Positions 42,805-53,127 of a stretch of DNA of 64,000 nucleotides are shown piece after piece. Origin of the DNA: Nitrosopumilus sp. (lineage in GTDB: Archaea; Thermoproteota; Nitrososphaeria; Nitrososphaerales; Nitrosopumilaceae); the NCBI GenBank assembly GCA_963667665.2, contig OY763927.2:640001-704000 (forward strand), given 5' to 3'. Position numbers and translations under genes: made by a program. Each line of letters starts with the position of its first letter. Positions within the stretch are counted from its first letter, which is position 1. The notes under the pieces are model-generated. The model did no database searches, was not told where the DNA came from, and saw only the letters and a list, made by a program, of their open reading frames with translations.

Positions 42805-43782
42805 ATGAATACTCTAGAGTTTATCAAAGAGTGTCAAGAAAAAGTATTTTCTGGAATTGGAATTTCATCAGAAGACACTGAAAAATTATTTAACATTCCA
42901 GATGAGAACTTGAAAGATTTAGCAAGTTGTGCAAATGAAATAACTAGAGATTTTAATGGAAACAAAGTAGATGTAGAACAGTTAAACAATATTAAAAAAA
43001 ATGCATGTAGTGAAGACTGCACATTTTGTGGACAATCTGCTTTTTTTGATACAGGAATTGAAACATATCAATTACCTACACCAAAAGAAACAGTTACAAA
43101 AGCTCAAAAAGCAAAAGATGAAGGTGCTGAATCATATTGTCTTGTTGCAGCATGGAGAGAACCATCACCAAAAGATTTTGAAAAAGTATGTAAAATAATT
43201 ATTGAGCTTAATAATAAAGTTGGAATAACTATAGAGTGTAGTTTAGGTTTTCTAACACAAGAACAAGCAAAAAAGCTAAAAGAACTCAAAGTAAAAAGAT
43301 ACAACCATAATTTAGAGACAGCAAAATCAAAATTTCCTGAAATTTGCACTACTCACACATATGAAGATAGGTTAAAGACATTAAAAATTGCAAGGAATGC
43401 AGGATTAGAGTTATGCACGGGTGGAATTATAGGACTTGGAGAAACAAGAGAGCAGAGACTAGAGTTAGCATTAGAATTATCTAGACTATTTCCTGAAGAA
43501 GTGACAATTAACATGTTAGTTCCAATGCCTGGAACTCCGCTTGAATTACAAACAGAGTTATCTAATTCAGAGATTATTCGAATGTTTTCTGTGATCAGAT
43601 TTCTCTTGCCAGAATCAGTCATAAAAATTTCTGGAGGAAGAGAAACAAATCTTGACGATTCTGGAGAAGAGTTACTTCAGAGTGGTGCAAATGGAATTAT
43701 CACTGCAGGATACTTGACGATGGATGGAAATGAGGCTAAAAAAGACCTCAAAATGATAGAGAAAATTGGTCTCAAAGCATAA
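42805..43782 (+). CDS. bioB: biotin synthase
   Basis: CSEDCTFCGQS, YNHNLET, CTGGIIGLGE, SGGRE. Confidence 0.96.
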   Translation: MNTLEFIKECQEKVFSGIGISSEDTEKLFNIPDENLKDLASCANEITRDFNGNKVDVEQLNNIKKNACSEDCTFCGQSAFFDTGIETYQLPTPKETVTKAQKAKDEGAESYCLVAAWREPSPKDFEKVCKIIIELNNKVGITIECSLGFLTQEQAKKLKELKVKRYNHNLETAKSKFPEICTTHTYEDRLKTLKIARNAGLELCTGGIIGLGETREQRLELALELSRLFPEEVTINMLVPMPGTPLELQTELSNSEIIRMFSVIRFLLPESVIKISGGRETNLDDSGEELLQSGANGIITAGYLTMDGNEAKKDLKMIEKIGLKA

Positions 43783-44896
43783 ACTAGACTTTATTGATTC
43801 AGAACTAGGTAAAATTAAGAAAAACAACCTCTATAGAAAATTACAATACGGCAAGGTAGAAGAATCACACATTACAATTAATGGAAAAAAACTTCTCAAC
43901 TTGTGTTCAAATGATTATCTTGGAATTCATACAACAAAGATACATTTCAAACAACTTCAATCAAGTTCCAGACTTGTTTCTGGAAATGATGAATTATACA
44001 AAAAATTAGAAGACATATTAGCAAAACATAAATCAAAACAAAACAGTTTAGTTTATCCTACAGGGTACATGGCAAATCTTGGAGTAATTTCTTCAATTGC
44101 AAAAAAAGGTGATTTAATTCTCAGTGATGAACTAAACCATGCAAGTATAATAGAATCATGTAAGTTGTCAGATGCAAAAGTATTGATTTACAGACATAAT
44201 GATATGCAAGATTTACAAAAGAAATTAAAACAAAAAGGAAAAAATAAGATTATAATTACTGAAGGAATATTTAGCATGGATGGAGATTTTTCATCTCTAA
44301 AACAAATAACTGAAATCTCAGAAAAAGCAAAAGCAATTACTGTCATAGATGATGCACATGGAGATTTTGTTGTTGGAAAAGATGGAAAAGGTACACCAAA
44401 TTATTTTAATGTTACAAAGAAAATTGATTTGTATATTAGCAGTTTAAGTAAAGGATTAGGATCATTTGGAGGATATGTGGCATCACAAAATAATGTGATT
44501 GATTTATGTATCAACAAATCAAAATCATTTATCTACACATCAGCACTTCCTTCATTTTTAATTGATTATTCTCTAAAAAGATTTGAATCAAACAGAGAAA
44601 GACAAAGAAAAAAACTAGAAAAAAATACACACCAACTCTCAAAAGGACTAAAACAAATTGGATATGAGATAAATTCTAAAACACATATAATTCCAATAAT
44701 TATCGGAAGTGAAAAGTCAGCAATGGCCTTTGGGAAATTTTTGTTTAGTAATGGAGTATTTGCACAACCAATAAGATATCCTACTGTTCCAAAAAATCAA
44801 GCAAGATTAAGAATTTCAGTTACTGCCTGGCTCTCAAAGGTAGAAATTGAGAAAACACTTGAAATTTTTGAAAAAGCACATACAAAATTTGGGTAA
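43766..44896 (+). CDS. bioF: 8-amino-7-oxononanoate synthase
   Basis: SNDYLG, DELNHASI, FSMDGD, DDAH, SLSKGLG, IRYPTVP. Confidence 0.92.
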   Translation: MVSKHKLDFIDSELGKIKKNNLYRKLQYGKVEESHITINGKKLLNLCSNDYLGIHTTKIHFKQLQSSSRLVSGNDELYKKLEDILAKHKSKQNSLVYPTGYMANLGVISSIAKKGDLILSDELNHASIIESCKLSDAKVLIYRHNDMQDLQKKLKQKGKNKIIITEGIFSMDGDFSSLKQITEISEKAKAITVIDDAHGDFVVGKDGKGTPNYFNVTKKIDLYISSLSKGLGSFGGYVASQNNVIDLCINKSKSFIYTSALPSFLIDYSLKRFESNRERQRKKLEKNTHQLSKGLKQIGYEINSKTHIIPIIIGSEKSAMAFGKFLFSNGVFAQPIRYPTVPKNQARLRISVTAWLSKVEIEKTLEIFEKAHTKFG

Positions 44897-45001
44897 TTAT
44901 CGTAAAGTATCAAATCCACCTAATGCAGGTGAGCCAATAATTACTGCAAATGTGACTATAATTCCTAAAAGTGCACCTACAATAACGAAACGCTTGTTCA
45001 T
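44897..45001 (-). CDS. small single-TM peptide (34 aa)
   Basis: MNKRFVIVGALLGIIVTFAVIIGSPALGGFDTLR*. Confidence 0.45.
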   Translation of the reverse strand: MNKRFVIVGALLGIIVTFAVIIGSPALGGFDTLR

Positions 45002-45098
45002 GATAAAAATTCCATCAAGCCCAGTTAAAAACGGATTGTATTGAGATTTGGAGTAGATGTGGAAGAATGCTTTAAAGGAAAAATTGTAAATTTATCGC

Positions 45099-45830
45099 AT
45101 GGCAGATCCTACAATATTTGTAGCATTACTTGCAGGTCTTGGTTCGTTTATTGCTCCATGTATTCTACCAATGATTCCAGCTTTTCTTGCATACATATCA
45201 GGAACTACTGTAACAGAACTAGGTTCTAAAAGTGGATCTGTCCTAACTATTAATCGATTAAACATTGTACTAAATACTGTATTTTTTGTATTGGGTTTTT
45301 CAGTAGTGTTTTCTATTTTAGGGGTTTTGATTAACAGTGTTTTTTCTAGTGCGATTGGTGAATTTACAGAGAGCCTTAATTTCGTAGGTGGAACAATCAT
45401 TATTGCATTTGGAATCTTTATGTTATTATCTACAAAAATTCGTTCATTAAATATAGAGAAAAAATTTTTACCAAAAAATTCAAAATCAAGTTATCCAATG
45501 TCTTTTGTATTTGGTTTGGCATTTGCTGTAGGATGGACTCCATGTGTTGGTCCAATACTTGGAACAATACTTACGTTGGCAGCTACCACACCATCTATTT
45601 CATTTAGCTTGTTACTTGCATATTCATTAGGTTTAGGAATCCCATTCATCTTAATGGGTGTCTTTTTTTCAAGAGCTACAAGATTCATTCGTTCAATGAC
45701 TAAACATCTAAAATATTATAATGTGATCTTGGGTGGATTTATTATTCTTTTAGGAATTTTGGTATTCACAAATCAATTAGCATATATTGCAAATTTTCCA
45801 CTTCTAAATGAACTAATTTTCTTAGGATGA
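45099..45830 (+). CDS. ccdA: cytochrome c biogenesis CcdA family protein
   Basis: PCILPMIP, GWTPCVGPIL, multiple TMs. Confidence 0.9.
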   Translation: MADPTIFVALLAGLGSFIAPCILPMIPAFLAYISGTTVTELGSKSGSVLTINRLNIVLNTVFFVLGFSVVFSILGVLINSVFSSAIGEFTESLNFVGGTIIIAFGIFMLLSTKIRSLNIEKKFLPKNSKSSYPMSFVFGLAFAVGWTPCVGPILGTILTLAATTPSISFSLLLAYSLGLGIPFILMGVFFSRATRFIRSMTKHLKYYNVILGGFIILLGILVFTNQLAYIANFPLLNELIFLG

Positions 45831-45834
45831 TCAA

Positions 45835-46944
45835 ATGAAATCAGAAATTAAATCAGCATTAATCTTAGGAATTGTCATTGCTACAGGATTAGGAATAACA
45901 AGTATGATTTTTTCATCATTTGATGAGGAATTTGAGTCAGCAAATATTACTTTAGAAGAAAATTCAATGACTAAAATTGATAAATCAGGATTCAAAAAAG
46001 CCCCAGATTTAGTTGGGATTGCACATTATCTTAATACTACACCTGAAAAATTAAGTGAAGAGATTAAGGACAAAGTGATACTATATGATATTTGGACATA
46101 CAGTTGCATTAATTGTATCAGAACATTACCATACATCACAGCATGGAATGACAAATATGCAGATCAAGGATTATTAATTATTGGTATTCATTCACCAGAA
46201 TTTGAATTTGAAAAAGATCCGGTTAATGTTGAGATGGCAATAGAAAAATTTGGTATTAGTTATCCTGTTCTTTTAGATAACGACATGGAAACATGGAAAG
46301 CATTTGAAAATAGATACTGGCCAAGAAAATACATTGCAGACCATGAAGGGTATATCCGATATGATCATATTGGAGAAGGGGGATATCAAGAAACTGAAAA
46401 AGTTATTCAGCAACTTTTAGATGAAAGAAGCGCATCACTTGGAATTCAAATGGCATCAGCTGCATCACTTGTAGACATTGATGAATTTGAACATTCAATG
46501 TTTAAAAGTCCAGAATTATACTTTGGTTACAAGTTTGCACAAAATAGAAATCAACTTGGAAGTGAAGAGGGATTCAAACCAGAACAAACAGTCACATATT
46601 TAGAATCAGACAAAACAGACTTGCATAAATTCTATCTAACAGGAGAATGGACTAATTATGAAGATAGTATGGAATTAGTTTCAGATACTGGAACCATCAA
46701 ATTACGATACAATGCAAAACAAGTAAACATTGTAACTGACAATACTGCAGAATTAAAGATATTTCTTGATGGCAATCCAATTCCTGCAAAGTATTCAGGA
46801 GAAGACATTACATCAGAAAATAGCCTGATAGTCTCAGAGGCAGGTCTATACAACATCATAAGCAGTGAAAATAGTGAATCACACATAATAGAAATACAAA
46901 TTGAGGGTAAAGAATTTCAGATATTCACATTTACCTTTGGATAG
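45835..46944 (+). CDS. membrane-anchored thioredoxin-like protein (DipZ C-terminal type)
   Basis: WTYSCINC, GIHSPEFEFEK, NRYWP, FTFTFG. Confidence 0.88.
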   Translation: MKSEIKSALILGIVIATGLGITSMIFSSFDEEFESANITLEENSMTKIDKSGFKKAPDLVGIAHYLNTTPEKLSEEIKDKVILYDIWTYSCINCIRTLPYITAWNDKYADQGLLIIGIHSPEFEFEKDPVNVEMAIEKFGISYPVLLDNDMETWKAFENRYWPRKYIADHEGYIRYDHIGEGGYQETEKVIQQLLDERSASLGIQMASAASLVDIDEFEHSMFKSPELYFGYKFAQNRNQLGSEEGFKPEQTVTYLESDKTDLHKFYLTGEWTNYEDSMELVSDTGTIKLRYNAKQVNIVTDNTAELKIFLDGNPIPAKYSGEDITSENSLIVSEAGLYNIISSENSESHIIEIQIEGKEFQIFTFTFG

Positions 46945-47038
46945 TGTAACCATTCACTATTGTCACTCCAGTGACACTATGTGTGGTGACAAATCTGTTT
47001 AAAACAAAAATTTTGAGAAAGACTAGGTAAACTAAAGC

Positions 47039-47689
47039 ATGTTAAGCAACTCTTGGGATAAAGTAACTGGAGAAAGTATATCACAAAAAGTAATCAATAA
47101 AGTAAAGCCAGAAGAGCCTATTAAAAACAAAATTGATTTGGCACAAAAAAAATTACAGTTTCAAATTACAAAATTAGAAGGAATTAACGAAAAATTACAG
47201 AAAAAACATGACATGATCTTTGAGAAGTTAGTAAATGCTACAAGAAATAACAAAACAGGTTACGCTCATGCATATGCAAGGGAATTAACTCAAGTAAGAA
47301 AAATGAAGAACATGGTAAGTGGAGCAAAATTATCCATGGAGCAAATCAAACTTAGACTAGATACAGTATCAGAATTAGGAGATGTAGTAGTAACACTCAG
47401 CCCATGTATGTCAATTATTAGAGGACTAGCACCATCACTAAAAGGAATAATGCCAGAAGCCAACGCATCTATGCAAGATTTATCACAAATTCTTGGCGAT
47501 GTAATGTCAGATTCTTCATTGTCAATGGGTGATGGTATGAATATCAGTGCCGAACCAAATGAAGACTCATTAGCAATACTTGAAGAGGCACATAGTATAA
47601 TTGCAGGTCAGGCAAAATCAACAATTCCAGAAATTCCAGATAGTCTCAAACAACAAATAGTTGAGAAAAGATCAGGCATTTTATTATAG
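47039..47689 (+). CDS. cdvB: ESCRT-III / Snf7 family cell-division protein (CdvB-like)
   Basis: AHAYARELTQVRK, LRLDTVSELGD, ILEEA. Confidence 0.75.
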   Translation: MLSNSWDKVTGESISQKVINKVKPEEPIKNKIDLAQKKLQFQITKLEGINEKLQKKHDMIFEKLVNATRNNKTGYAHAYARELTQVRKMKNMVSGAKLSMEQIKLRLDTVSELGDVVVTLSPCMSIIRGLAPSLKGIMPEANASMQDLSQILGDVMSDSSLSMGDGMNISAEPNEDSLAILEEAHSIIAGQAKSTIPEIPDSLKQQIVEKRSGILL

Positions 47690-47751
47690 AATTTTATTTT
47701 TACAAAGAAGTCATTAGTAATACTAAATAACAATCATAATTTCAAGGACAC

Positions 47752-48105
47752 ATGCCAGCCAATGGTCCTGTAAGCTTAACAAGACAAACAATTTACTGTT
47801 TTATTCCAATTATGAATTGGTATGCAGCATATCATATCAAAAAATTCAGAAAATATTTGCTTATTGCGATTATTGTAGAACTATCATTAGGTGGAATTCA
47901 CATGGCTTTGATTCCTGAATATGACTCAGATAGAATGTTCATAGGAGGCGAACAAACTGCAGAAAATTTAGATATTGATTGGGAGAAATGATGTTACGTA
48001 CAGACCATCAACTTGGTTTGTCATTATTTTTGATGATAGTGATAGTAGAATTTTCAGTAACAGTATACTTTATTCGTAGATAGTCTAATCAATGAAATCT
48101 ACAAT
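47752..48105 (+). pseudogene. membrane protein pseudogene
   Basis: ORF stops at 47991; shifted continuation ...VTVYFIRR*SNQ*NLQF with two stops. Confidence 0.55.
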
Positions 48106-48447
48106 TTACTTAGATTTCTTTTTACTTTTTTGAACAAGAATTTTCTTTATTCTAGAAATTGTAGGATAACTATATCCACGGCGACGATAATTCGCTATCA
48201 TCATTTTCCAATTCTTTAATCTCCATTGTGCTTGTTCAGTAGTTACAGAATGGACCTCTTTTTGAATAATGCTTTTCCTTCCCACTTTTAGAGTTCCAGC
48301 ATCTTTTGCAGACCACCTATTCTTTGCAAATTTTAGTCCTGAAAGTATCTCTTTTACCGGCATTTCTTTGAAATATTCTTTGAGTTTTTTTAGCTCTATA
48401 TCTGTAGGTTTTTTGGAAATTGTTAATTCTACTATTGGTTTTACCAT
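48106..48447 (-). CDS. basic hypothetical protein
   Basis: 113-aa ORF, RRRGYSYPTISRIK. Confidence 0.65.
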   Translation of the reverse strand: MVKPIVELTISKKPTDIELKKLKEYFKEMPVKEILSGLKFAKNRWSAKDAGTLKVGRKSIIQKEVHSVTTEQAQWRLKNWKMMIANYRRRGYSYPTISRIKKILVQKSKKKSK

Positions 48448-48693
48448 GAAAATTTTAATTGCTTATACTTTAAGAGAATCTTGCTAAATTAGAATTAACT
48501 AAATCAGGAAATAATCCAAGATAATTTAATGATTCTAACATGACAAAGGAATGTTAACATTCTTACATAATGTATTATACATTCCAAATCCAAGAATAAT
48601 TGTTGCAAAAGCTGCTAATGGGATCAAAATGAAAATTTTAGTTTTAAGACCCATAATCAAAATTGGATGTATGCCTATAAAATCGTCACAGTA

Positions 48694-49110
48694 CTAATCA
48701 ACTGTGATTGTAAAGGTTCCTTTTGTTTTAGGATCCTGTAATAATGAGACCATTTCTCGGGGTAACAAATTAGATGCCTTGTCACAGTTAACTGCCAACG
48801 TTCTTGGGCATATGAAATCACTTTTTCTAATCACAATGTCTTCAGAATGAGTAAGGATCAAATTAGGATGGCCTTTGCCCTTCAAAACAAATTCATGTTC
48901 ACCTACATTAATTGAAAAAGTTATCTTGGAATTAGAATTTTTGAGTTTATTTTTTAATTCTTGAGGCAAATCAGCGCAACTTGAAGTTGCATTAACACCA
49001 ACTATACAATCACCTTGAGGTGTCAAATTAGATTCTTTTGTAATCTCTATGGTTTTTTGATGATTAGAACGAATATTTTCATGTCCTGAAAACTCTATCT
49101 CAAATTTCAT
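48694..49110 (-). CDS. DUF371 family protein
   Basis: GHENI, LTPQGDCIVGV, IVIRKSDF. Confidence 0.85.
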   Translation of the reverse strand: MKFEIEFSGHENIRSNHQKTIEITKESNLTPQGDCIVGVNATSSCADLPQELKNKLKNSNSKITFSINVGEHEFVLKGKGHPNLILTHSEDIVIRKSDFICPRTLAVNCDKASNLLPREMVSLLQDPKTKGTFTITVD

Positions 49111-49226
49111 AAATCCAACAGGAATTCAGTTGCAAATTAAGCTTGTTTCCTAGCCTCCGATCATGGTGCTGATTTTTTTCAATTTTGGGCATAGTTTAAA
49201 TTGAATATTCAAAGCATTGCAATCAA

Positions 49227-49964
49227 ATGCTTCCTGCACAACAAGGTTACGATAGAGCAATTACAGTATTCTCACCAGACGGTAGACTATACCAAGTAGA
49301 ATATGCTATTGAGACCGTTAGAAGAGGTACAATCGCAGTTGGTGTAAAATGCAAAGATGGAATAGTAATTGCAGTTGAAGAAAAACCAAGAAAATTACAA
49401 ATTTCTGAAACAGCACAAAAGATTTTTCAAATTGATGATCATGTTGGAGTTGCAGCAGCAGGATACATTCCAGATGCAAGAAGTCAAGTAGACAACGCAA
49501 GATTCTTTTCTCAAAGTAACAAAATGATTTATGATGAACCAGTTGAGGTTGAAGCAATTGCAAAACATTTAGCTGATCAATGTCAACAATATACACAATA
49601 TGCAGGTGTAAGACCATATGGTGTTGCACTTATTCTAGGTGGTGTGGTAAACAATGCACCACAGTTGTATCTAACTGACCCTAGTGGAACATACATTTCT
49701 TATGATGCAATTGCAATTGGAGCAAATTCTGATCAAGTAACTGACTTTTTAGAAAAAACTTACAAAAATGATCTTTCATTAGAAGATGCTTCAACATTAG
49801 CAACAGCAGGAATTTATCTATCAAGTGAAGACAAAGATGGAACAGCACACATTAGAATGGCACAAATCAAAACTGAAACTGGGGAGTATGAAATAGTTTC
49901 TAAAGAGCAGATAACAAATTATGCAAAAGCTGCTAAAGAAAAATACCCACACGAACAAAAATAA
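49227..49964 (+). CDS. psmA: proteasome subunit alpha
   Basis: GYDRAITVFSPDGRLYQVEYA, RPYGV, TDPSG. Confidence 0.97.
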   Translation: MLPAQQGYDRAITVFSPDGRLYQVEYAIETVRRGTIAVGVKCKDGIVIAVEEKPRKLQISETAQKIFQIDDHVGVAAAGYIPDARSQVDNARFFSQSNKMIYDEPVEVEAIAKHLADQCQQYTQYAGVRPYGVALILGGVVNNAPQLYLTDPSGTYISYDAIAIGANSDQVTDFLEKTYKNDLSLEDASTLATAGIYLSSEDKDGTAHIRMAQIKTETGEYEIVSKEQITNYAKAAKEKYPHEQK

Positions 49965-49996
49965 TTACTTTTAACTGCTTGTGAGATAAAATTACA

Positions 49997-50809
49997 TTGA
50001 AATTATCAGTAGCCATCCCTGAATCATCATTATCAGATGACTCGCTCAAGATAGATAAAACAAGAAAAATATCAGTTTTAGCAAGGGCTTGCTCTATTTT
50101 CAAAATAGATACAATCTATGTTTACCAAGATGGAGATAACAAACAGGATGGAAGTTTACTTGTAATGATTTTAAAATATTTAGAAACACCACAGTTTTTG
50201 AGAAGAAGACTGTTTCCTAAAATGAATGACTTGAAATTTGCAGGAGTTCTACAACCACTAAAAATTCCCAGCCACATCACACCAGCGAATTCAAAAAATA
50301 TCAAAAGAGGAGATGTAAGAGAAGGAATCGTAGTTAGTATAAAGGGAAAAAGATTTGTGGATGTAGGAATAAATCAACTAGTACAATTTTTTGGTAAGAC
50401 TTCAATTGGAAAAAGAGTTACTGTTCAGTTCAAAGAAGGTCATCCTAGATTTTCAGTAAAAGAAATTGATAAAAGTGAAGTCAAGGATTATTGGGGATAT
50501 TCAGTTAAAGAGAGAGCAAACTTGTTTTCATTATTAACTGAATGGAAAGGAAACATCATCATCACATCTAGAAAAGGAAAAACTGCAACAAAAGAACAGA
50601 TTTCTAAATATACAAAATCAGATCAGCCAGTATTGATAGTATTTGGTTCCCCTGAAAAAGGAGTTCATGAGATTTTAAGAGGTAAAATGAAAAATGTACA
50701 AAACGCAAAGATCCTAAACTTTTTTCCAGATCAAGCTACTCAAACTGTACGTCTAGAAGAAGCACTGTTAGGAACATTAGCAATAATTAATGCTCAAAGA
50801 GTATCATAG
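49997..50809 (+). CDS. SPOUT RNA methyltransferase (DUF171 type)
   Basis: YLETPQFLRR, VFGSP, QATQTVRLEEA; typical position before rpl3. Confidence 0.88.
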   Translation: MKLSVAIPESSLSDDSLKIDKTRKISVLARACSIFKIDTIYVYQDGDNKQDGSLLVMILKYLETPQFLRRRLFPKMNDLKFAGVLQPLKIPSHITPANSKNIKRGDVREGIVVSIKGKRFVDVGINQLVQFFGKTSIGKRVTVQFKEGHPRFSVKEIDKSEVKDYWGYSVKERANLFSLLTEWKGNIIITSRKGKTATKEQISKYTKSDQPVLIVFGSPEKGVHEILRGKMKNVQNAKILNFFPDQATQTVRLEEALLGTLAIINAQRVS

Positions 50810-50810
50810 T

Positions 50811-50921
50811 ATGCCAGAAAAAAAGAACTTCTTACGGTTGGCAATTGGAATGGGATCTATAGGAATTATAATTGGTGTAATTACTATGTGGAATATGTTA
50901 GTAGATTTGTTAAATTTATAA
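50811..50921 (+). CDS. small single-TM peptide (36 aa)
   Basis: MPEKKNFLRLAIGMGSIGIIIGVITMWNMLVDLLNL*. Confidence 0.4.
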   Translation: MPEKKNFLRLAIGMGSIGIIIGVITMWNMLVDLLNL

Positions 50922-50936
50922 TAATTTTTGGCAACA

Positions 50937-50989
50937 ATGGTTAACCATAATTTTCTATATGGTTAACGATATCTCATATGGTTTAATAG
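50937..50989. promoter_or_regulatory. repeated ATGGTTAAC boxes at the r-protein operon promoter
   Basis: ATGGTTAACCAT, ATGGTTAACGAT, ATGGTTTAATAG; last overlaps a TATA-like TTTAATA. Confidence 0.5.
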
Positions 50990-51015
50990 AGGGCAATCGA
51001 TGATGCGACTTGACT

Positions 51016-52008
51016 ATGGGAGCTCGAAAACGACATTCACCACGTAGAGGAAGTCTTGCATACTCACCTAGAGGACGTGCCAAAAGCATGGAAGCAAGAA
51101 TCAGAGCATGGCCAAAATTAAAAACTAACGAACCAAAGATTTTAGCTCACTGTGGATTCAAAGCAGGATGTGTACAGATTGTAAGTATTGACGATCGTGA
51201 AAAGACACCAAATGCAGGAAAACAACTTGTTAGTTTAGGTACAGTATTAGTAACTCCACCAGTTTTAATTTTAGGAATTAGAGGATATTCAAAAGATCAT
51301 TATGGATTACATGCAGAATTTGACGTATATGCAGAAGATATTCCAAAACATATTGCAAAAGAAATTACATTAAAAAATAAAGAAGGTGCATTAGAAAATG
51401 CAGGAAAAAGATTAAGAAAAATTAAAGAAATCTTTGCAATCGTTGCAGTTTCTCCACGTTCAGCAGGATTAGAACAAAAGAAACCATATATTTTTGAAGC
51501 TTCAGTAAGTGGTGGAGATATAGAAAAACAATTTAATCATGTTAAAGAATTACTTGGAAAAGAAATTAAAATTGATCAAATTTTTGAAATTGGTTCAACT
51601 GTAGATGTTGCAGCAATTACTAAAGGTAAAGGATGGCAAGGAGTTATTCAAAGATGGGGAGTAAAAAAGAAACAACACAAATCAAGAAAAACAGTTAGAG
51701 AAGTAGGTTCACTTGGTCCAATATCTCCACAAAGCGTCATGTATACAGTTCCAAGAGCAGGGCAAATGGGATTCCATCAAAGAACTGAATATGATAAACG
51801 AATAATGATAATTGGAAACACAAATGATGATCAAATTAAAATAAATCCAGATGGAGGATACAAACACTTTGGATTAGTTAAAGGTGATTTTATTGTTCTA
51901 AAAGGTTCAGTTCCTGGAACATATAGAAGATTGATTAAACTAAGAAGGCAAATCAGAAATGCACCAGACAAAGTTAACAAACCAAACATTTTGGAGGTAG
52001 TAGTATAA
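51016..52008 (+). CDS. rpl3: 50S ribosomal protein L3
   Basis: PRRGSLAYSPR, GFKAG, TKGKGWQG, PRAGQMGFHQRTEY. Confidence 0.97.
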   Translation: MGARKRHSPRRGSLAYSPRGRAKSMEARIRAWPKLKTNEPKILAHCGFKAGCVQIVSIDDREKTPNAGKQLVSLGTVLVTPPVLILGIRGYSKDHYGLHAEFDVYAEDIPKHIAKEITLKNKEGALENAGKRLRKIKEIFAIVAVSPRSAGLEQKKPYIFEASVSGGDIEKQFNHVKELLGKEIKIDQIFEIGSTVDVAAITKGKGWQGVIQRWGVKKKQHKSRKTVREVGSLGPISPQSVMYTVPRAGQMGFHQRTEYDKRIMIIGNTNDDQIKINPDGGYKHFGLVKGDFIVLKGSVPGTYRRLIKLRRQIRNAPDKVNKPNILEVVV

Positions 52009-52820
52009 TGAAGACTACAGCATACACAACTACTGGAACAAAAGATGGAGAAGTAGAACTTCCAATAATATTTTCAACTCCATTTAGAAGAGAATTGATT
52101 CACAAAGCTTTCACTAATTTAACATCACACAAATTCCAACCACAAGGAAGACATCCAACTGCAGGGCAAGACGTAGTAGCAGACTCAAATAATCCTCCAA
52201 CAGGTCAAGGCGTATCTCGTGTAGCCAGAGCAACTGGAGGAGGAGGAGGAAGATCAGGTCAAGGTGCAGAAGTTGCATCAACTAGAGGAGGAAGACAAGC
52301 ACACCCACCTATTGTTGGTAAGGTAATATACAAGAAATTAAACAAAAAAGAAAATAAACTCGCATTGTGTTCTGCAATTGCTGCAACTGCATCAAAAGAT
52401 ATTGTTGAATCAAGAGGTCACAAAGTTGATGGTATAGAATCATTCCCAATTATAGTATCTGATGATATTGAATCAATTTCTAAAACAAGTGAAATGGTCA
52501 AAGTGCTAGATTCACTTAACTTATCACAAGACATTAGAAGATTAGATTCAAGAAAAATACGTTCTGGACAATCAAGACTTAGAGGAAGAAGTAAGAAAGT
52601 TGGAAAGAGTGTTTTGTTTGTAACAATAGATTCTTCAAATTTGAGCAAAGCAATAGGTATAATTCCTGGTGTAGATGTAAAAAATGCAAAAGATTTGAGT
52701 GTATTAGATTTGGCCCCAGGTTCAGATCCAATCAGATTGACAGTATATTCAAAATCAGCAATTAAAGAAATCGGGAAAATTAAATCAACACATCTGGAGA
52801 TATTGGTGAAAACACAATGA
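52008..52820 (+). CDS. rpl4: 50S ribosomal protein L4
   Basis: TRGGRQAHPP, KKLNKKE, LAPG. Confidence 0.96.
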   Translation: MKTTAYTTTGTKDGEVELPIIFSTPFRRELIHKAFTNLTSHKFQPQGRHPTAGQDVVADSNNPPTGQGVSRVARATGGGGGRSGQGAEVASTRGGRQAHPPIVGKVIYKKLNKKENKLALCSAIAATASKDIVESRGHKVDGIESFPIIVSDDIESISKTSEMVKVLDSLNLSQDIRRLDSRKIRSGQSRLRGRSKKVGKSVLFVTIDSSNLSKAIGIIPGVDVKNAKDLSVLDLAPGSDPIRLTVYSKSAIKEIGKIKSTHLEILVKTQ

Positions 52821-53083
52821 ATGTAGATCAAGCTAATAGAATTATTGTAAAGCCATACATTACAGAAAAAACATTTGCAATGGTAGAAAACGAAAGTATA
52901 GTTTGTTTCATTGTAGAAATTTCAGCAAGTAAACCACAGATTGCAGAGGCTGTAAAAATACTTTACAATGAAAATGTTACTAACGTTAACACAGCAAGAA
53001 CGATTTATGGTAAAAAGGCATTTGTTCAGTTTGAGAGCACAGCAAAAGCTAGGGATTTGGCAACAAAGATAGGAATGCTATAA
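52817..53083 (+). CDS. rpl23: 50S ribosomal protein L23
   Basis: PYITEK, VNT, GKKAFV. Confidence 0.95.
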   Translation: MNVDQANRIIVKPYITEKTFAMVENESIVCFIVEISASKPQIAEAVKILYNENVTNVNTARTIYGKKAFVQFESTAKARDLATKIGML

Positions 53084-53127
53084 TATGGACCATGAAACCC
53101 GAATTACATTAACAGAGGAGAAGAAGA

